DNA of 64,000 bases from Octopus sinensis (taxonomy: Eukaryota), in NCBI RefSeq assembly GCF_006345805.1, contig NC_043003.1, positions 69,316,001 to 69,380,000 on the forward strand, in the 5' to 3' direction. The notes beneath the pieces are model-generated. The model was not told the origin of the DNA, ran no database searches, and was given only the letters and a program-made list of their open reading frames with translations. Position 1 is the stretch's first letter; the number at the start of each line of letters is the position of its first letter. The translations under genes and the position numbers were made by a program. This document shows, one piece after another, positions 38,747 through 52,902 of the stretch.

Positions 38747-41700
38747 ATTACTGGGGTCGATTCTCTGGGCTAAAAATTCTTCAAAGCGGTGCCCCAGCTT
38801 GGCCGCAATCTAATGAGTGAAACAAGTAACAGATAAATATCTTTTATCTTTTCAACCTGCATTAAATCGCTTTTTAATCCAGAGAGCTGTCCTCGTCCTT
38901 CTCTTTTATTCTATTTTATCTTTGTTCTCTCTCTCTCTCCTTCTCTCTCCATCTCTGTCTCGCTCTATCTCCTCCACTTCCTCCTCCTCCTCCTCTTTAA
39001 TGATTCTTAAAATATGACAGCTGCTTCTGGAGGATTAAAAGAAACAAAGGCTTTAAACAATGGCATCTTGATGATTACGATGACGAAGGAAGAGGAGAGG
39101 GAGGAGGAGGATTCTGGTGGTGGTCGTCGTCGTCATGGTTGTGGTCGTGGTGGTGATGGTGTTGGTGGTGGTGATGGTCATGGTGGTGGTGGTGGTGATG
39201 GTCGTGGTGGTGGTGGTGGTGGTGGTGGTGGTGGTGGCAGCGGCGGCGGCGGCGGCGGCGTCGGTGGTGGTGGTGGTGGTGGTGGTGGTGGTGGTGGTGG
39301 TGGTGGGGAGGCTAATGAGGATGATGAAATTATAATGATTACGATTATCATGGTGGCGGCGGCGGCGGTGATGGTGATGATGATGATGATAATGATGATG
39401 ATGGTATGTCGGAACAGCAAATAGCGCGAAGGAGTTGTGATGGATTATATAAATCCAGCATTATCCATTTTTTGTCTCTTTATTTGCCTTTTCTTCTTTT
39501 ACTTGTTTCAGTCATTTTGACTGTGGCCATGCTGGAGCACTGCCTTTAGTCGAACAAATCGTACCCAGGACTTATTCTTTGCAAGCCTAATACTTATTAT
39601 ATCGGTTTCTTTTGCCGAACCGCTAAGTCATGGGGACGTAAACACACCAGGTGGTAGTGATGGTAATGGTGGTGGTGAGGGTGGGCGTGGTTGAGGCGGT
39701 GATGGTAGTAGTCGTTTCTTGCAGTTGTTATTGTGGTGGTGGTGGTGGTGGTGGTGGTGGTGGTGGTGGGCCGTGGTTACAATGTCTTCCTTATCACATG
39801 ATTGGTTAATCCTTCCTTGAAACCCTTAGGGCTGGTTTAGTTTCATAAAATCTGCTCTTTTAGCTCCGGTTATTCGTTAACGTTTTAAGAAAATCAAAGT
39901 CAAAATCGTTTTCTTCATTTATTTATTAGGAATTGTCTCCACCACCACCACCACCACCACCACCACTACCACTACTACTGCCATCCCAGCCGCCGCCATC
40001 CTGTAAATTGAGGCCGGTAGGGTCAATGATCTTGTCTTAGAGACAGGAAGAACGAATAAACAGGTGGGGAACGAACTCACAACCCTGTAGAACAAGCTTG
40101 CGAGAATAGCCTTAGCTACAAGCCCCGGGATTCCACACTGTCTTTCTTTTGTCTTTTATTTATCAGTCATGACTGCGGTCATGCTGGGGCACCACCTTGA
40201 ATCTTAAGCCCAATGGATCGACTCCAGTACTAATTTTTTTTCCAGCCTGGTGCTTATTTTATCGGTATCTTTTGCCGAACCGCAAAGTTACGGGGATGCA
40301 GACACACCATCACCGGCCGTCAAACAGTGGTGGAGGGGCAAACACAAAGACAGACACACAAATATTTGCATATGCATCTCACCTTCTTCACCCACTCATT
40401 CCTGGAAGGCTCGTGGGGGCAGAGTCCTCAAGCACGCCTTCCATAGGGTCCTTTCAGAAGCAGCCAGCTCCAGGTAATCCGACTGGGACCCCAAGCTAGA
40501 CCAACCGAGCATATGCATGTTATCCAACCATTTTGCTCGTGGTGAACTCCTGGGCCTCCGCTCAGTTGTTTTTGCTCATAAAAACCAGTCCAACGATTCT
40601 TTTCTGAGACATTCTTACGTAGAGCCGGATTAAGACCCATCGAGGCCCTAAGCACTTAAAAGGTTTTGGTACCCCTATATGTATATGTAATTCAAAATAT
40701 AAACAATAAGAGCACTCGGAGAGCGCAAACCTCCGCCAAGGCAACACCAACGTCCTCTCAACGATTAGCCGGAGATGATTTTTTAAAATGAGAATATCTG
40801 AAATAAACTCGACTGCTCTCACAAACGAGAATGCTAAAAATGAACCCGACCGCTCTCAAAAAAAAAAAAAAAAAGAAACAAAAAACGAAAAATAATACAG
40901 AATCCTAGTCCGGTACCGGATCGATCCCAAAATCTAATTCGTTCGTACCAGTCACGTGGCCATCAGAAAGTTTTATCTGAATCCATCCAGCGGTTCTTGA
41001 GATATCTTGACCGCAGACAAACAGACACGACTGAAAACAATACCCCCGCCTTCGCTAAGGCAGAGGTAATAATAATAAACTATAAAATATATTTTTAGCT
41101 TTCAAAATGGAACAAAGATAACAGCAAGAAAGAAAATAATATTTATATTCATATACTTCCACTTTATTTATATTTGAAAAGTCTTCTCCTACTTGCTTTA
41201 AACTGCAAAGGTTTTGATCAGACCATCAAAAGTAATCTTACGTAACACATCTACTTCTATACGTAGTAGAGATAAGACATGTTATTTCAGCAAGTTTAAA
41301 GCGATTTCTTTTGCCCTGTAATCTATTTACCTTTCCTGTTGTGCCCACCTCCCTTGATATTCTGAGCATGTTTCTGTTTTTGGGGTTTTCTTTTTTTTTT
41401 CTGCCTAATGGTTAATCCTGCGCTGTTCTTACCGCGTGATTGTAGTATCGAACCTGTGATCTATAAATTAGGAGAAGTATATATTTCTTTACTGCCCAGA
41501 AGGGGCTAAACATAGAGGGGACAAACAAGGACAGACGAAGGGATTGAGTCGATTATATCGACCCCAGTGCGAAACTGGTACTTTATTTATCGACCCCGAA
41601 AGGATGAAAGGCAAAGTTGACCTCGGCGGAATTTGAACTCAAAAACGTAACGACAGACGAAATACCGCTAAGCACTTCGCCCGGCGCGCTAACGTGTCTG

Positions 41701-42142
41701 CCAGCGACTCTACCTGATGTGCCTCGCTGAGCTCCAAGCTACGCCCTCTAGCGAACGACATTTACTCGACAAGCGGTGAGGGCAAGCACAAATACAAAAA
41801 CATACTAACACACACATATACGACGGGTTTCCACACAACTTCTGTCAACGAAATTCATTCGCAAGGCAGTGGTCAGCCCAAGGTGTGGAACGGAACCCGA
41901 AATCACATGGTTAAAAAGCGATCTTCTTAACCACACAGCCAAACTTGTGCCAATATAGAATTTAAAAAAAAACAATAATAGATGCAGATGTGGCTGTGTG
42001 GTAAGAAGTTTGTTCCCCAACCACATAGTCCCAAGTTCTGTCCTGCTGTGTGACACCCTGAGCAAATGTCTTCTACTATAGCCTAGGGTTAACTAAAGAC
42101 TTATGAGTAGATTTGGCAGACGGAAACTGAAAGAAGCCTGTC

Positions 42143-42207
<65 letters not shown>

Positions 42208-42447
42208 GTGTGTGTGTGCATGACTATTTGTGCCCCGCTACTACTTGACAACCGGTATTGCTATGTTGGTGTGTTTACGAACCGTAAGCTAGGGGTTCGG
42301 CAAAGTAGACCGATAGAGTAAATACCAGGGTTTCTTTTTCTTAAAAAAAAAAAAGAGAGAGGTACTGGATTCGATTCAATTGACTTAAAATGGTTCGTCG
42401 TAGTGTCGAAATATAGCCGCAGTCTAATGATTCAAATAAAATGTTTA

Positions 42448-42520
42448 CGACCACGACGAGACTCGAACTCGCAATCTTCTGATTCGAAGTCAGACGCCTT
42501 ATCCATTAGGCCACGCGGCC
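42448..42520 (-). tRNA. tRNA-Arg(TCG), intact, intronic and antisense to FoxN
   Basis: Reverse complement GGCCGCGTGGCCTAATGGATAAGGCGTCTGACTTCGAATCAGAAGATTGCGAGTTCGAGTCTCGTCGTGGTCG (73 nt) folds into a full cloverleaf with anticodon TCG and A/B boxes. A TTTT terminator follows at 42441-42438. Confidence 0.95.
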
Positions 42521-45500
42521 AGTCGAACGATTCACGCATTTTATGTAAGTTAGCACAAACGTAATGTCCTCATAGTGAAGTAAGAGATTTTTCGCAGTGA
42601 AAATAAATTTCAGCGTATGCGTTAAGAATCAACTGTTTTCATTGAAAACGGAAGAGAATAGACTTTTGTGATGATCTATGGCGAAATGTTTTTTAGTCAC
42701 TGGTAAATGGGGTGAATAGGTGGGAATTATGATATTTTGAAGTAGCTTTTACCAGGAGTCGAAATCCTCAAGGTTGTTAAGATAACAGGGTAACGCTGCT
42801 AGCAGGATAGACAGGAAGGAAGATGAGAAGAAATAAGATAAAACACGTTAAGATACAGTGAAATGGGGGTGGGGGATGAAATAAAATAAAATAATGTAAA
42901 ACAATAAACAGGTGGTAGAGTACAAAATTTAATTTTCTGTACTAAACTCCAGCTTGTTGCCTGAGACACACCAATACATTATCTACGGTTGTTAAGGACT
43001 GGATTTTAAAGAATACTTTCAAATCTATACTCTTTTTACTCTTTTACTTGTTTCAGTCATTTGACTGCTGCCATGCTGGAGCACCGCCTTTAGTCGAGCA
43101 AATCGACCCCAGGACTTATTCTTTGTAAGCCTAGTACTTATTCTATCGGTTTATTTTGCCGAACCGCTAAGTTACGGGGACGTAAACACAACAGCATCAG
43201 TTGTCAAGCGATGTTGGGGGGGGGGGACAAACACAGACACACACACATATATATATATATATATAAATCAAGGGTCTTCGACCATTTTTTGGTTATGCAC
43301 CCCTTTCATTACTATTTTATTCTAGTGGAGCCCAGTAGCCATTTGATGCTTAAAAAATAGTTTTATAGAAATGGCTTTCAAAATTCCTATTTTGTTTTTT
43401 ACACATTCCCTGTGTAGGCTGAACCATGTAAAATATTAGAGAAACAAACCCAGCTGTTTCTTGCAAAACATACCAAAGCAAGATTTTTTAAGGGTCCTTA
43501 AAAAACTATTGCGGATACCCAATTTACTATCTTGTTAAGTTGACACCCCACCCCCCAAAAATCTTATATGGACCCTTAGGGGCCATGTGGAAGCCGTTTG
43601 AACCACTGCTATTAATAATAGCAAGGAAATATAGGGTTGAAAAACCTTTTTTTGTATAGAAAAAGTCGAAGGCTTCCCGTGGGCACACTTTCAACTTTTA
43701 CTGTCATTTTTATCATGGTAGAATTCTGGATTTCGAAGCATACAGCTATAAATAACAGCATGTAAATGCTTGATTGAAAAACCCTTATGGGTAGGAAAAA
43801 ATTGAAGGCTGCCCGTTTGAACTCCAATCCACATTTTTGACTTTTTCTCTTCAAAAAGGTTTTTGAACTCCATATTTTTCACGCTGTTATCTATAGCTTT
43901 ATATGTGTGCTTCGCGGTCCACCATAGCAAAAACTAAAGTTTATAAAACGAAAGTTTACAAAATGTTTATTTTATCGTAATGTTTTATTATTTTAGGTGG
44001 AGTTCTTTTGTTTATCGTTTTGGAAATTTGGATAAATCTTTTAATTTCTTACGAAAAATAAGTATTAAAATAATTAGTGTGGGAGAGCGAATTTGGACGA
44101 ATTTCTCTGACAACTCCTTTAAGGCAAGCTGAAGGCCACTGTGTAGTAATTTGACCTGCTAGAAATTATAGCTAAAACTCAAACTACACCATAACTTTTA
44201 TTTAAATCCTTTTTTTAATGGAAAATCATTTGAATAAATGCAATCCTGGATGCATCGGTGTCCGAGAGAGAGAGGAGGAGTGGAGACAGAATGGGAGGGG
44301 AGAGAGACTGTATAGTCATGGTTCGAGTGCCTTCTTTGGTCGTGGGTCTTCTGGGTCACGATTGATTTGGGACCTCAGCAACGACTAATGGACTTTCGCT
44401 GTCCTCTTTCTTCTACTCCCTTCGAAAATTTTAAATAAATAAATAGAAGCAGAAAGAAGTCAATGCAGCCTTGCCTGTCCCTGTCCCTCTTTGCCCTCTT
44501 CCCCGTCACCAACGCAACATACAGCTACAATGTCATCATCACTATTATCAGATACAGCAAAACTTTATAGTCTTTCTCCCCCACCACCACCACCACTACT
44601 TTCCTTTCGCCTCTTTCTCAACGTCGTTGGCATACTCATACACACACACACACGTTTATACAAAGGCACACATACGTACACATGACAGCACGCACACACG
44701 CATATACAAAGGCACACATACGTACGCATAAGCGCACGCACACTTGGATATACAAAGGCACACACACGTACACATAAGCGCACATGCACACACAAACACA
44801 CACACAATAAGCTTTCTTCCTCACTTTGTCACTTTTTTTCCTCCGCCGCCTCTTCCATCATACACAAATGTCGCTGGCATACACATACGCACTCATACAC
44901 ACAAATACATACATGCGCGCGCGCGCACTCTCACAAACCAGTTATTCCCCCTTCCTCTCATACTTACTCTCTGGTGACACTACTCCAACACTACTACTAC
45001 TACTATAACGACCCAATGAAGAAGTCTTATGTGGTCGCGCGAAATGCTAGAAACAGCAGCAAACTATCTTAAATAACATTCATCGTCATATAAGAGGAAA
45101 GGATAGATTAGACAATATAATCTTTGATAAACTTTAGAAAGATATGATTATAACAGATGAAATACGTTGCTTGATTAAGATCTCGCCGGGGTTAAAACAA
45201 AAGCAACAAATTTAAAAGAGGTTTCTTCGTTTGTTTGCTTTTTCTTGAGCCCCAAGATTCATTTGGCCGGTTACTCGTTTTCCATAGCTTATACATGACC
45301 CAAGATCGTAACATTTCTGGAGAAAGGGACACCGGTCCGTTGCAGGATTCAAAGCCAGTAATTTTGAGAGGAATGACAGGTCGACTACATCGGCTCCAGT
45401 ACTTGGTTAGAACTCTTGTCTATCGACTCCTAAAGGATTAAAGACAAAGGCGACTGCGGCGGGATTTGAACTCAGAACGTAAAGAGTTGGGAAGAAACAT

Positions 45501-47903
45501 TTTGTCCGATGTGTTAACGATTCTGTCGATTCGCTGTCCAAGTAGAGAGAAGAAATTAAATATTGATTCAACTTATTTAGAAGTGCTGGTTCTTGTTAAA
45601 TTTCTTCCAACCACTTTTAATGTTTAAAATTTTCAACAATTATATTTTATTTTATATGGAAGTTTGCCTGCCGATTCGCATTCTTCTTTTCTCTTTTTTT
45701 TTTCTGGAAATTAATAATCTCTAAAATAATAAATAATTAAGTTACATCGTTGTAGAAAAGTTTTTTAAAAAGTCTGGTGGAAATTGATACTTCAAGTAGT
45801 TGGAAGCATTTTAAGATCTGAATCGTTTATTTTATTAACCCGAGTGAATTAAAAGAAAGAAAAAGAAAGTACATTCGGCTCTTGTGCGATTTGAACTCAG
45901 AGTCTCGTCTCTCTGATTCTACAATAAGTTTTCCTTCTCCACTTCGTCACTTATCCTCTTTCTTCTACTCCATAAGTTTACCACCACCACCACCATCACA
46001 ATACCCCAGTCAGCTGACCTTACTCCTCCTCTTACACATCTTTCCTCACCCCTTTCTCTCGCCCCTCTATCTTTCCTCTTTCTCCCTTTCCTCTTCCTTC
46101 CTTTCTTTCTTTCCTTTTCATCTTCCTCCTCCACCAACGTCGATAAAATGTGACCTTCTTCCCTTCACTTTCTTCTTCACCATGGATAACGTCATCTGTC
46201 TTGAACTCTTCTCCTCTTTCTCGTTTACTTCTTCTTTTCCACTTTCTTCCTCCTCCTTTTCCTCTTTCTTTCCCCTCCTCCTCCTTTAATAGTTAAACAC
46301 GGACTTTTTCCATTCCAAAACATTAAAAAACCAAAACAGCATCACTATCGCCACCATATCCACCACCGTCGCCTCCAATCCTCATCATCACCATTATCAT
46401 TACTACTAACACTGCCACCACTACCATCACCACCACAATCCAACACAACCACCACCAAAGTGACAGTCAGCCAACAGAGTTTTATTAACACTAACCCCAC
46501 TCTCTCTCATCTATCCATCTATCATATCAACCTCTCTCTCTTTCTCACGTTTCATCCTCCTTCTTCCCCTCACTGGCTGAGTAGCACTTATATATATATA
46601 TATACTCCCCTTCCCTATCGTGTCATATCTATTTGCCTCTCTCTCTCTTTTCCTCTCCCTCGGCGATACCCCCGCCACATCTCTCAAATAGTGTCGTCTG
46701 CTTTTATAACATTCTCTCTCTCTCTCTTTCTGGTATTCTGTCTCTTTTTTCCCTCCTTCTATCTTATCTACCAATCTCTTTCTTTTCTTTTTTCGCTTTT
46801 ATCCTCCTCCTCTTCCTTCACCTCGGTTGATAAACAACGATACACTCCCTCCTATCCGAATGTGACAACACTATACTCCACCATCTCCGCTTCTCCTTCT
46901 CTTTCACTCCATCTTCCGCTCTGTCCTTCTCTTTCTCTTTCACTCTATCTTCCCCTTTCCATCTAACTCTCTTATCTACCTGTCCCTTTCTTGCTTTTTT
47001 ATTCTCCTCTTCCTTCTCCTCACTGGATAAGCAGCAGTGATATATCCTCCACCTTTATCATATAGCGTTCCTGTTACTCTTTCTCTCTTCTCCCTCCTTC
47101 CACCTATCATCTTTCTATCTGTCACTTTCTCGCCTTCATCCTCCACACCTATCATACAGTTGTTCCTTTTACTCTTCTCTTTCTTTCTCTTCCTTTACTC
47201 TCTTTACTTATTTATGTTACTTTCTCACCTTTATCCTCCCCGTTCCTTCTCATTAGGTAAACAGTAAGGTTACATTCCCCACCCCTCTCATATAACACTG
47301 CCTGCTTTAACCCTTCTCCCTCTGTCTTTCTTCCTCTCTTTCCCTCTATCACTTTCTCGCTTTTATCCTCCCCTTCCTTCTCAGTAAACGGTAATGATAC
47401 CCTCCCCCTCCTCTATCATATTAATATTGCTTGCTTTAAGCCCCCCCCGTCTCTCTCTCTCTCTCTCTCTCTCTCTAACTCTGATTTTCCTCCTCCCCCT
47501 TTCTTTTTATCATCTATCTGTCATTCATTTCCTCGCTTTTATCCTCCTTCTCCTCAATAGATAAACAGCAGCGAGCACCACCCCCCTTCCCTTGTCATAT
47601 GGGCAACAACAACAACGTTACCATCACAACCGTTTAAACCCTGCCATTGTGTTGCTGGTTCTTTCCCCTTTCAGCTGGAAATGGCAGGTGACAACCTCCG
47701 TTTTTTGTTTGTTTTTGCTTTTTATTTTAGTGGGTTTTTCTTCAGTTTTTATTATTATTATTTTTTTATAACCACGGCTCATTCTAAACAATAGCAGCCT
47801 CTATATAAATTTCATTTGTCCCAACAACGTCTGAAAAGTCATAACGAAAAGTTGTGTTTGTATATAGCAATCAAGTTTTATATAACGACATACACCTACT
47901 GAC

Positions 47904-47947
<44 letters not shown>

Positions 47948-47949
<2 letters not shown>

Positions 47950-48156
47950 CCATGTTGATTCGTTAGCTACTGCACGCATTTTTTTCTCTCCTTCTTTCTG
48001 TGTTTTTCTCTCTCTGTGTATCTTTCTGTTGAAGAGCGTAGGCTCGAAACGTTAAAGACTTGTTTTATTTATATTTCCTGAGCGCCATACTAATACAATT
48101 GTTCGTTTGTTTTCCACCTGCCTTCGTCTTTTGTTTATTTTCATAAAGCTTCCCGT

Positions 48157-48158
<2 letters not shown>
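47948..48158 (+). mobile_element. Penelope-like terminal fragment with a variant minimal hammerhead (48021-48058)
   Basis: TCTTT-CTGTTGA-A-GAGC(GTAG)GCTC-GAAA-CG-TT-AAAGA; inserted in (TA)n. Confidence 0.6.
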
Positions 48159-48219
<61 letters not shown>

Positions 48220-48417
48220 GTATATATATATATATACATATAATATATATATATACATATATATCATATATATATATATATAATATATATATATATACAT
48301 ATACATATATATATATACATATATATATATATACTATATATATATATATAATATACATATATATATATATACATATATATTATATATATATACATACATA
48401 CATATCTATATACATAC

Positions 48418-48452
<35 letters not shown>

Positions 48453-48714
48453 CATATATATACATATATATACATAATATATATATACATATATATACAT
48501 ATATATATATACATATATATACATATATATATATATACATATATATACATATATATATATACAATATATATATATATTATATATATACATATATAACATA
48601 TATATATACATATATATATATACATATATATATATACATATATATACATATATATATATATAACATATATATACATATATATATATACATAATATATATA
48701 CATATATATTATAC

Positions 48715-48782
<68 letters not shown>

Positions 48783-48790
48783 CACACACT
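48158..48790. repeat. (TA)n/(TACA)n microsatellite block
   Basis: About 630 bp of degenerate TA repeats; similar blocks at 19140-19390, 25810-26110, 31760-32510, 33290-33560 and 61210-61445. Confidence 0.95.
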
Positions 48791-49734
48791 AGCATTATTA
48801 CCAATAGCAGTAAAACAATCTGCTTTTGTTTCTAAGAGGAAGCCTTCGCCACCATCACCACCACTACCACAACGACCGTCAGATTTTGAAAGGAGAATGG
48901 AATGTTTAGGACTCTGGGAGGCTTTTATCAGTGTTGATGAAATAAAAGGGTTAAATTACCAAATTATAACTAGTTGATTAACAATAAAGATTTTCTCCTT
49001 TCCTTTTAAGCAAGATTAAGTTTTAATGCACAACAAAGATGTCCTTTGGTTTAATTTCAGATCCAGAAAATTTTGAAAATATAAAAAAAGTTGGTTCCTT
49101 TACACTTGTGAAGTTATGATTTACTTGACAAGTTATTAAGAAACAAAGTTCCAGGTGGAGAGAGAGAGCATTAAATTGTAATTATGATGAAATAGAAGTG
49201 ATGATCATGATTGGAACACTTTAAAAAAAAAGATGGGTATTTAGAAAAAAACAGATTACCAGATTGCATATAGCCTGATGGCTTGTTTAAAACATTCAGC
49301 ATTCTTGAACCACCGTTTGAAACAGAATTCTTTTAAGAAGAAATTTTTAAAAATTAAATTTCATCAACTCAGTTGTAATCCTAACCATAAATTCTAAACC
49401 CAACATTAAACCCTAATCCTAACCCAAAGCCCTAACCCTAAATTTTAATACTAAACCCTAAACCCATAATCTTAAAATCACTCCACCAGCATTGATTTCC
49501 TTGCAATTTAATGCACATTATTGTATGCAAAAGATCAACCAACTTATTTTGAAAATGTTCAACTCAGAGCTTCAATCCTGTTATGTACCAGAATAATAGG
49601 GATTTTCTGACATAGTTGTAGAACCACAGATTTGCTGCAGAGGAAAGTGAAATTGTCTTCAATTTCATAGAATTTCAATGCATTTCTGGTAATAATTTTA
49701 TCAACTCCCTTACCCATGATATTCCAAGTTAACT

Positions 49735-51160
49735 TAATTTGTGTAGGGGCCACATGATTTGTTAAGAGTTCACTTGTTTTGTGTAGGGTCCACTTGTTTT
49801 CTGTAGGACTCCTTTGTTTTGCACAGGGTCCACTTGCTTCAGGTAGGGTCCACTCGTTTTGTATAGGAAGCTCTTTTGTTCCGGAGCAACTGTTTTGTGT
49901 AGGTCTCCTTCTTTTATGAAGGGTCCACTTCATTTATATTGATGGTCACTTCTGTGTATGATCCATTTCTTGTGTATAGGGGCCTCAAATCCTTTGTTGG
50001 ATTCACATATTTTGTGTAGGATCCACTTGTATTCTGTAGGATTCTTTTTTTGTACAGAGTCCACTTGCTTTGAGTAGAGTCCTCTTGTTTTCTGTAGGAT
50101 CTATATCTTTTCTATATGCTTACTTCTTTTATGTAGGGTCCGCTTATTTTGTGTAAGGGCCACAAGTTCTATTTTATGTAAGGTTCACTTGTTTTGTGTA
50201 GGATTCATTTGTTATTTTATAAGGTCCAATTGTTTTGCATAGGGTTCACTTCTTTCATAAGAGTCTACATATTCTGTGTAGGGTCCACTTTTTTGTGTAG
50301 GTACACTTGTCCTCTATAGGTTCACTTGATTTGTATTGAGTCCACTTGTTTTGTGTAGGGTTTACTTGACTTATGTAGGTGCACTTGTTTGTGTAGGGTC
50401 CATTTGTTTGGAGTAGGGTTCACTTATTTTCTGCAGGAACCACTTGTTTTGAGTAGAATGCATTTGTTTTGTGTAGGATCCACTTGTTTTGGATATGGTT
50501 CATCATTTTCTTTGGGGTTCACTTGTAGGGTCATCTTATTCTATCGAGGTCCCATTTGCTTTGTGGAGGACTCACTTATTTTTGGTAAGATTTGCTTCCT
50601 TTGTGTAAGTCCATGTGTTTTGTGTAGCACCACTTGTCTTGTGTAGGGAACAGTTGTTTTGTATAGGTCTGCTTATTTTGTACTGGGTCTACTTTTCTTG
50701 GACAGAACCATTTTTTTGTGTCAGGTCCTCTTGCTTCGTTTACAGTTCACACCTTTTATGAAAGGCCCATGTGTTTTTTTTTTTCTTGTAGGGGTGAGTT
50801 TACACTGTTTTTAAGGTAAACTTGTTTTATATAGAATTCACTTTTGTGCCAGAACCTCGTCTTGTGTAGCGTCTATTTTGTGTAGGAGTCATGTTTTTAC
50901 TTTGTGCAGGGTCCACTTGTTTTGTTTAGGGTTCACTTGTTTTGTGCATGGTTCATTTGTTTTGAGTAGAAGCCTCTGTTTTGTGTAGGGGATCCTTGTT
51001 TTGCATAAAGTTTACTTATTTTGTATTGGAGCCACTTATTTTGTTTAGGGTCTCCTTGTTTTGTGTAGGGTCCTCTTGTTTTGTGAAGAATTCATTGTTA
51101 TGTATAAAGTCTACTATTTTGTTTAAGGTTCACTTTTTTTGTGTAGGGTCCACTGGTTTT
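49735..51160. repeat. Diverged 20-bp minisatellite (consensus CACTTGTTTTGTGTAGGGTC), roughly 70 units
   Basis: Clear 20-nt periodicity, e.g. 49771-49860. Confidence 0.9.
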
Positions 51161-51516
51161 ATTGCTCTGACCAGAATGTTACTGTAATTAATGCATCATG
51201 TAATCTTTCATTGGAGTCTCTCGTTATTAGTCTGGTGCCCCAAAACGTATTTCCTGCAGTTTACCATCATAGGAAACATTGTTGATGATGAGATGTGTAG
51301 ATGTGTATACTTGTGTGTGCATATATTTGTGTGAGTGTGTGTGAGGGGGGGGGGGCATGGTGTAGCTGGAATATTTAGCAGAACCCCAAATATCAAGGAA
51401 TCAAAATTGAATTGCTAAATTTCCATGCAACCAAAAAATCTGACCACTCAAACATGTGTTAAACAGGGTGTTATTAGCAAGTTGTTTTTTCACTCCCCTT
51501 TTTTCTTGGACAGATA

Positions 51517-51912
51517 TCTTTATATATAAAAGTACGGTTGTGTGCCTGTCTCCTACGATTTAGATTCCTAACTACTCCCACATTTTGCAGTGCAGTTTAA
51601 CCAAAACCGGGTATCTTATAGTCGGGATTCATATCGAGCCCTTCTGGGTATTAGCGCGCATCTACGATGAGTCTACGATTTTAAAAATAATTTACCATAA
51701 TTTTTTTCCATTTTAGTGTATTTTTTTGCTATTATATAAGGGAAGTAACTCTCTAAAAATGTCTACAATGAGTCAACGATTTTTAAAAAAATTTACCATA
51801 ATTTTTTTCCATTTTTAATGCCTTTTTTTGCTATTTTTTGGCTATAACTCTCTAAAAATGCTCTATAGTAATTTCCCTTACAAACGCGAGCAACGCCAGG
51901 TGATACTGCTAG
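51517..51912 (+). mobile_element. Non-autonomous Helitron
   Basis: Inserted between A and T; 5' TC start, 3' CTAG end with a subterminal GC-rich imperfect hairpin; internal ~100-bp duplication; no TSD. Confidence 0.7.
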
Positions 51913-52124
51913 TAAACTATAAATAAAAACTTTTTACCTCCAGCAGGTAGTGAATTCTGAATGTTGTATATATATATATATATATATATATATGAGTGTA
52001 TTAATGTAAACAAACAAATATTTGTTGTTGTATTAGGAGTGTCGGAATGTGTATTGTACAATACAATTAAGATGATATTTTTTTGACACTTCTAATTTTC
52101 ATCATCATCATCATCATCGGCGGT

Positions 52125-52398
52125 GTTTAACGTCCGCTTTCCATGCTGGCATGGGTTGGATGGTTTGACTGAGGACTGGCAAGCTAGAAGGCTGCACCAG
52201 GCTCCAATCTGATCTGGCAAAGTTTCTACAGCTGGATGCCTTTCCTAATGCCAACCGCTCCGAGAATGTAGTGGGTGCTTTTACGTGCCACTGGCACGAG
52301 GGCCAGTCAGGTGGTTCTGGCAACGACCATGCTCAAAAGGTGTTTTTTACATGCTACCTGCACAGGACCCAGTCCAGCGGCACTGGCAACGACCATAT
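52125..52398 (-). mobile_element. SINE 3' part with (GAT)n tail; related copies at 56283-56715, 59375-59555 and 62880-63360(+)
   Basis: Shared GTTGGCATTAGGAA.GGCATCCAGCTGTAGAAA...CCAACCCATGCCAGCATGGAAAGCGGACGTTAAA-(GAT)n; internal ~63-bp tandem units of variable copy number. Confidence 0.75.
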
Positions 52399-52669
52399 AA
52401 ACAAATATTTGTTTGTTTGCATTTATACACATATGGTTGTTCTATAAAGCTAAAGTATTTAGCATCTAATCCAGGGGATAAATTTGTCAGTGGGCAGCTT
52501 AGCTTAATAATAAAGCATTCATCTGGACTATTAAGAGATATGGGTTCAAGTCCCATGGCTGGTTGTTGACAAATTTTTCTGCCTTGTAGGGGTAATTTAT
52601 CCAGTATTTCTACTGTTTTAATGGCAACTCTGCATTTGAAAATAAATATCATCTTCTTATTTGTATCAT

Positions 52670-52751
<82 letters not shown>

Positions 52752-52902
52752 TACACGTGTATATATATAAATCTTTAGTTAAATATATTCAATGAGAATA
52801 TTATATACTGAATTTATATTGAGTGCTCTATTGTATTAAAGTATTAATACTATTATAGTATTTATGTATTTAATATGAGTGATTATATATATTTTATATA
52901 AT

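Noticed and set aside
39014-39424. Gly-rich 136-aa ORF and its Pro-rich antisense ORF
   Set aside because: Pure (GGT)n/(GAT)n repeat with no convincing splice sites; not needed for the FoxN reading frame.
45880-47560. Leu/Ser/Phe-rich ORFs resembling membrane proteins
   Set aside because: Derived from a long pyrimidine-rich low-complexity tract with loose internal repeats.
49375-49465. Interstitial telomere
   Set aside because: Only a few degenerate CCCTAA units; too short and imperfect.
49735-51160. Possible CRISPR-like array
   Set aside because: Contiguous diverged 20-mers without unique spacers, in eukaryotic DNA with no cas genes.
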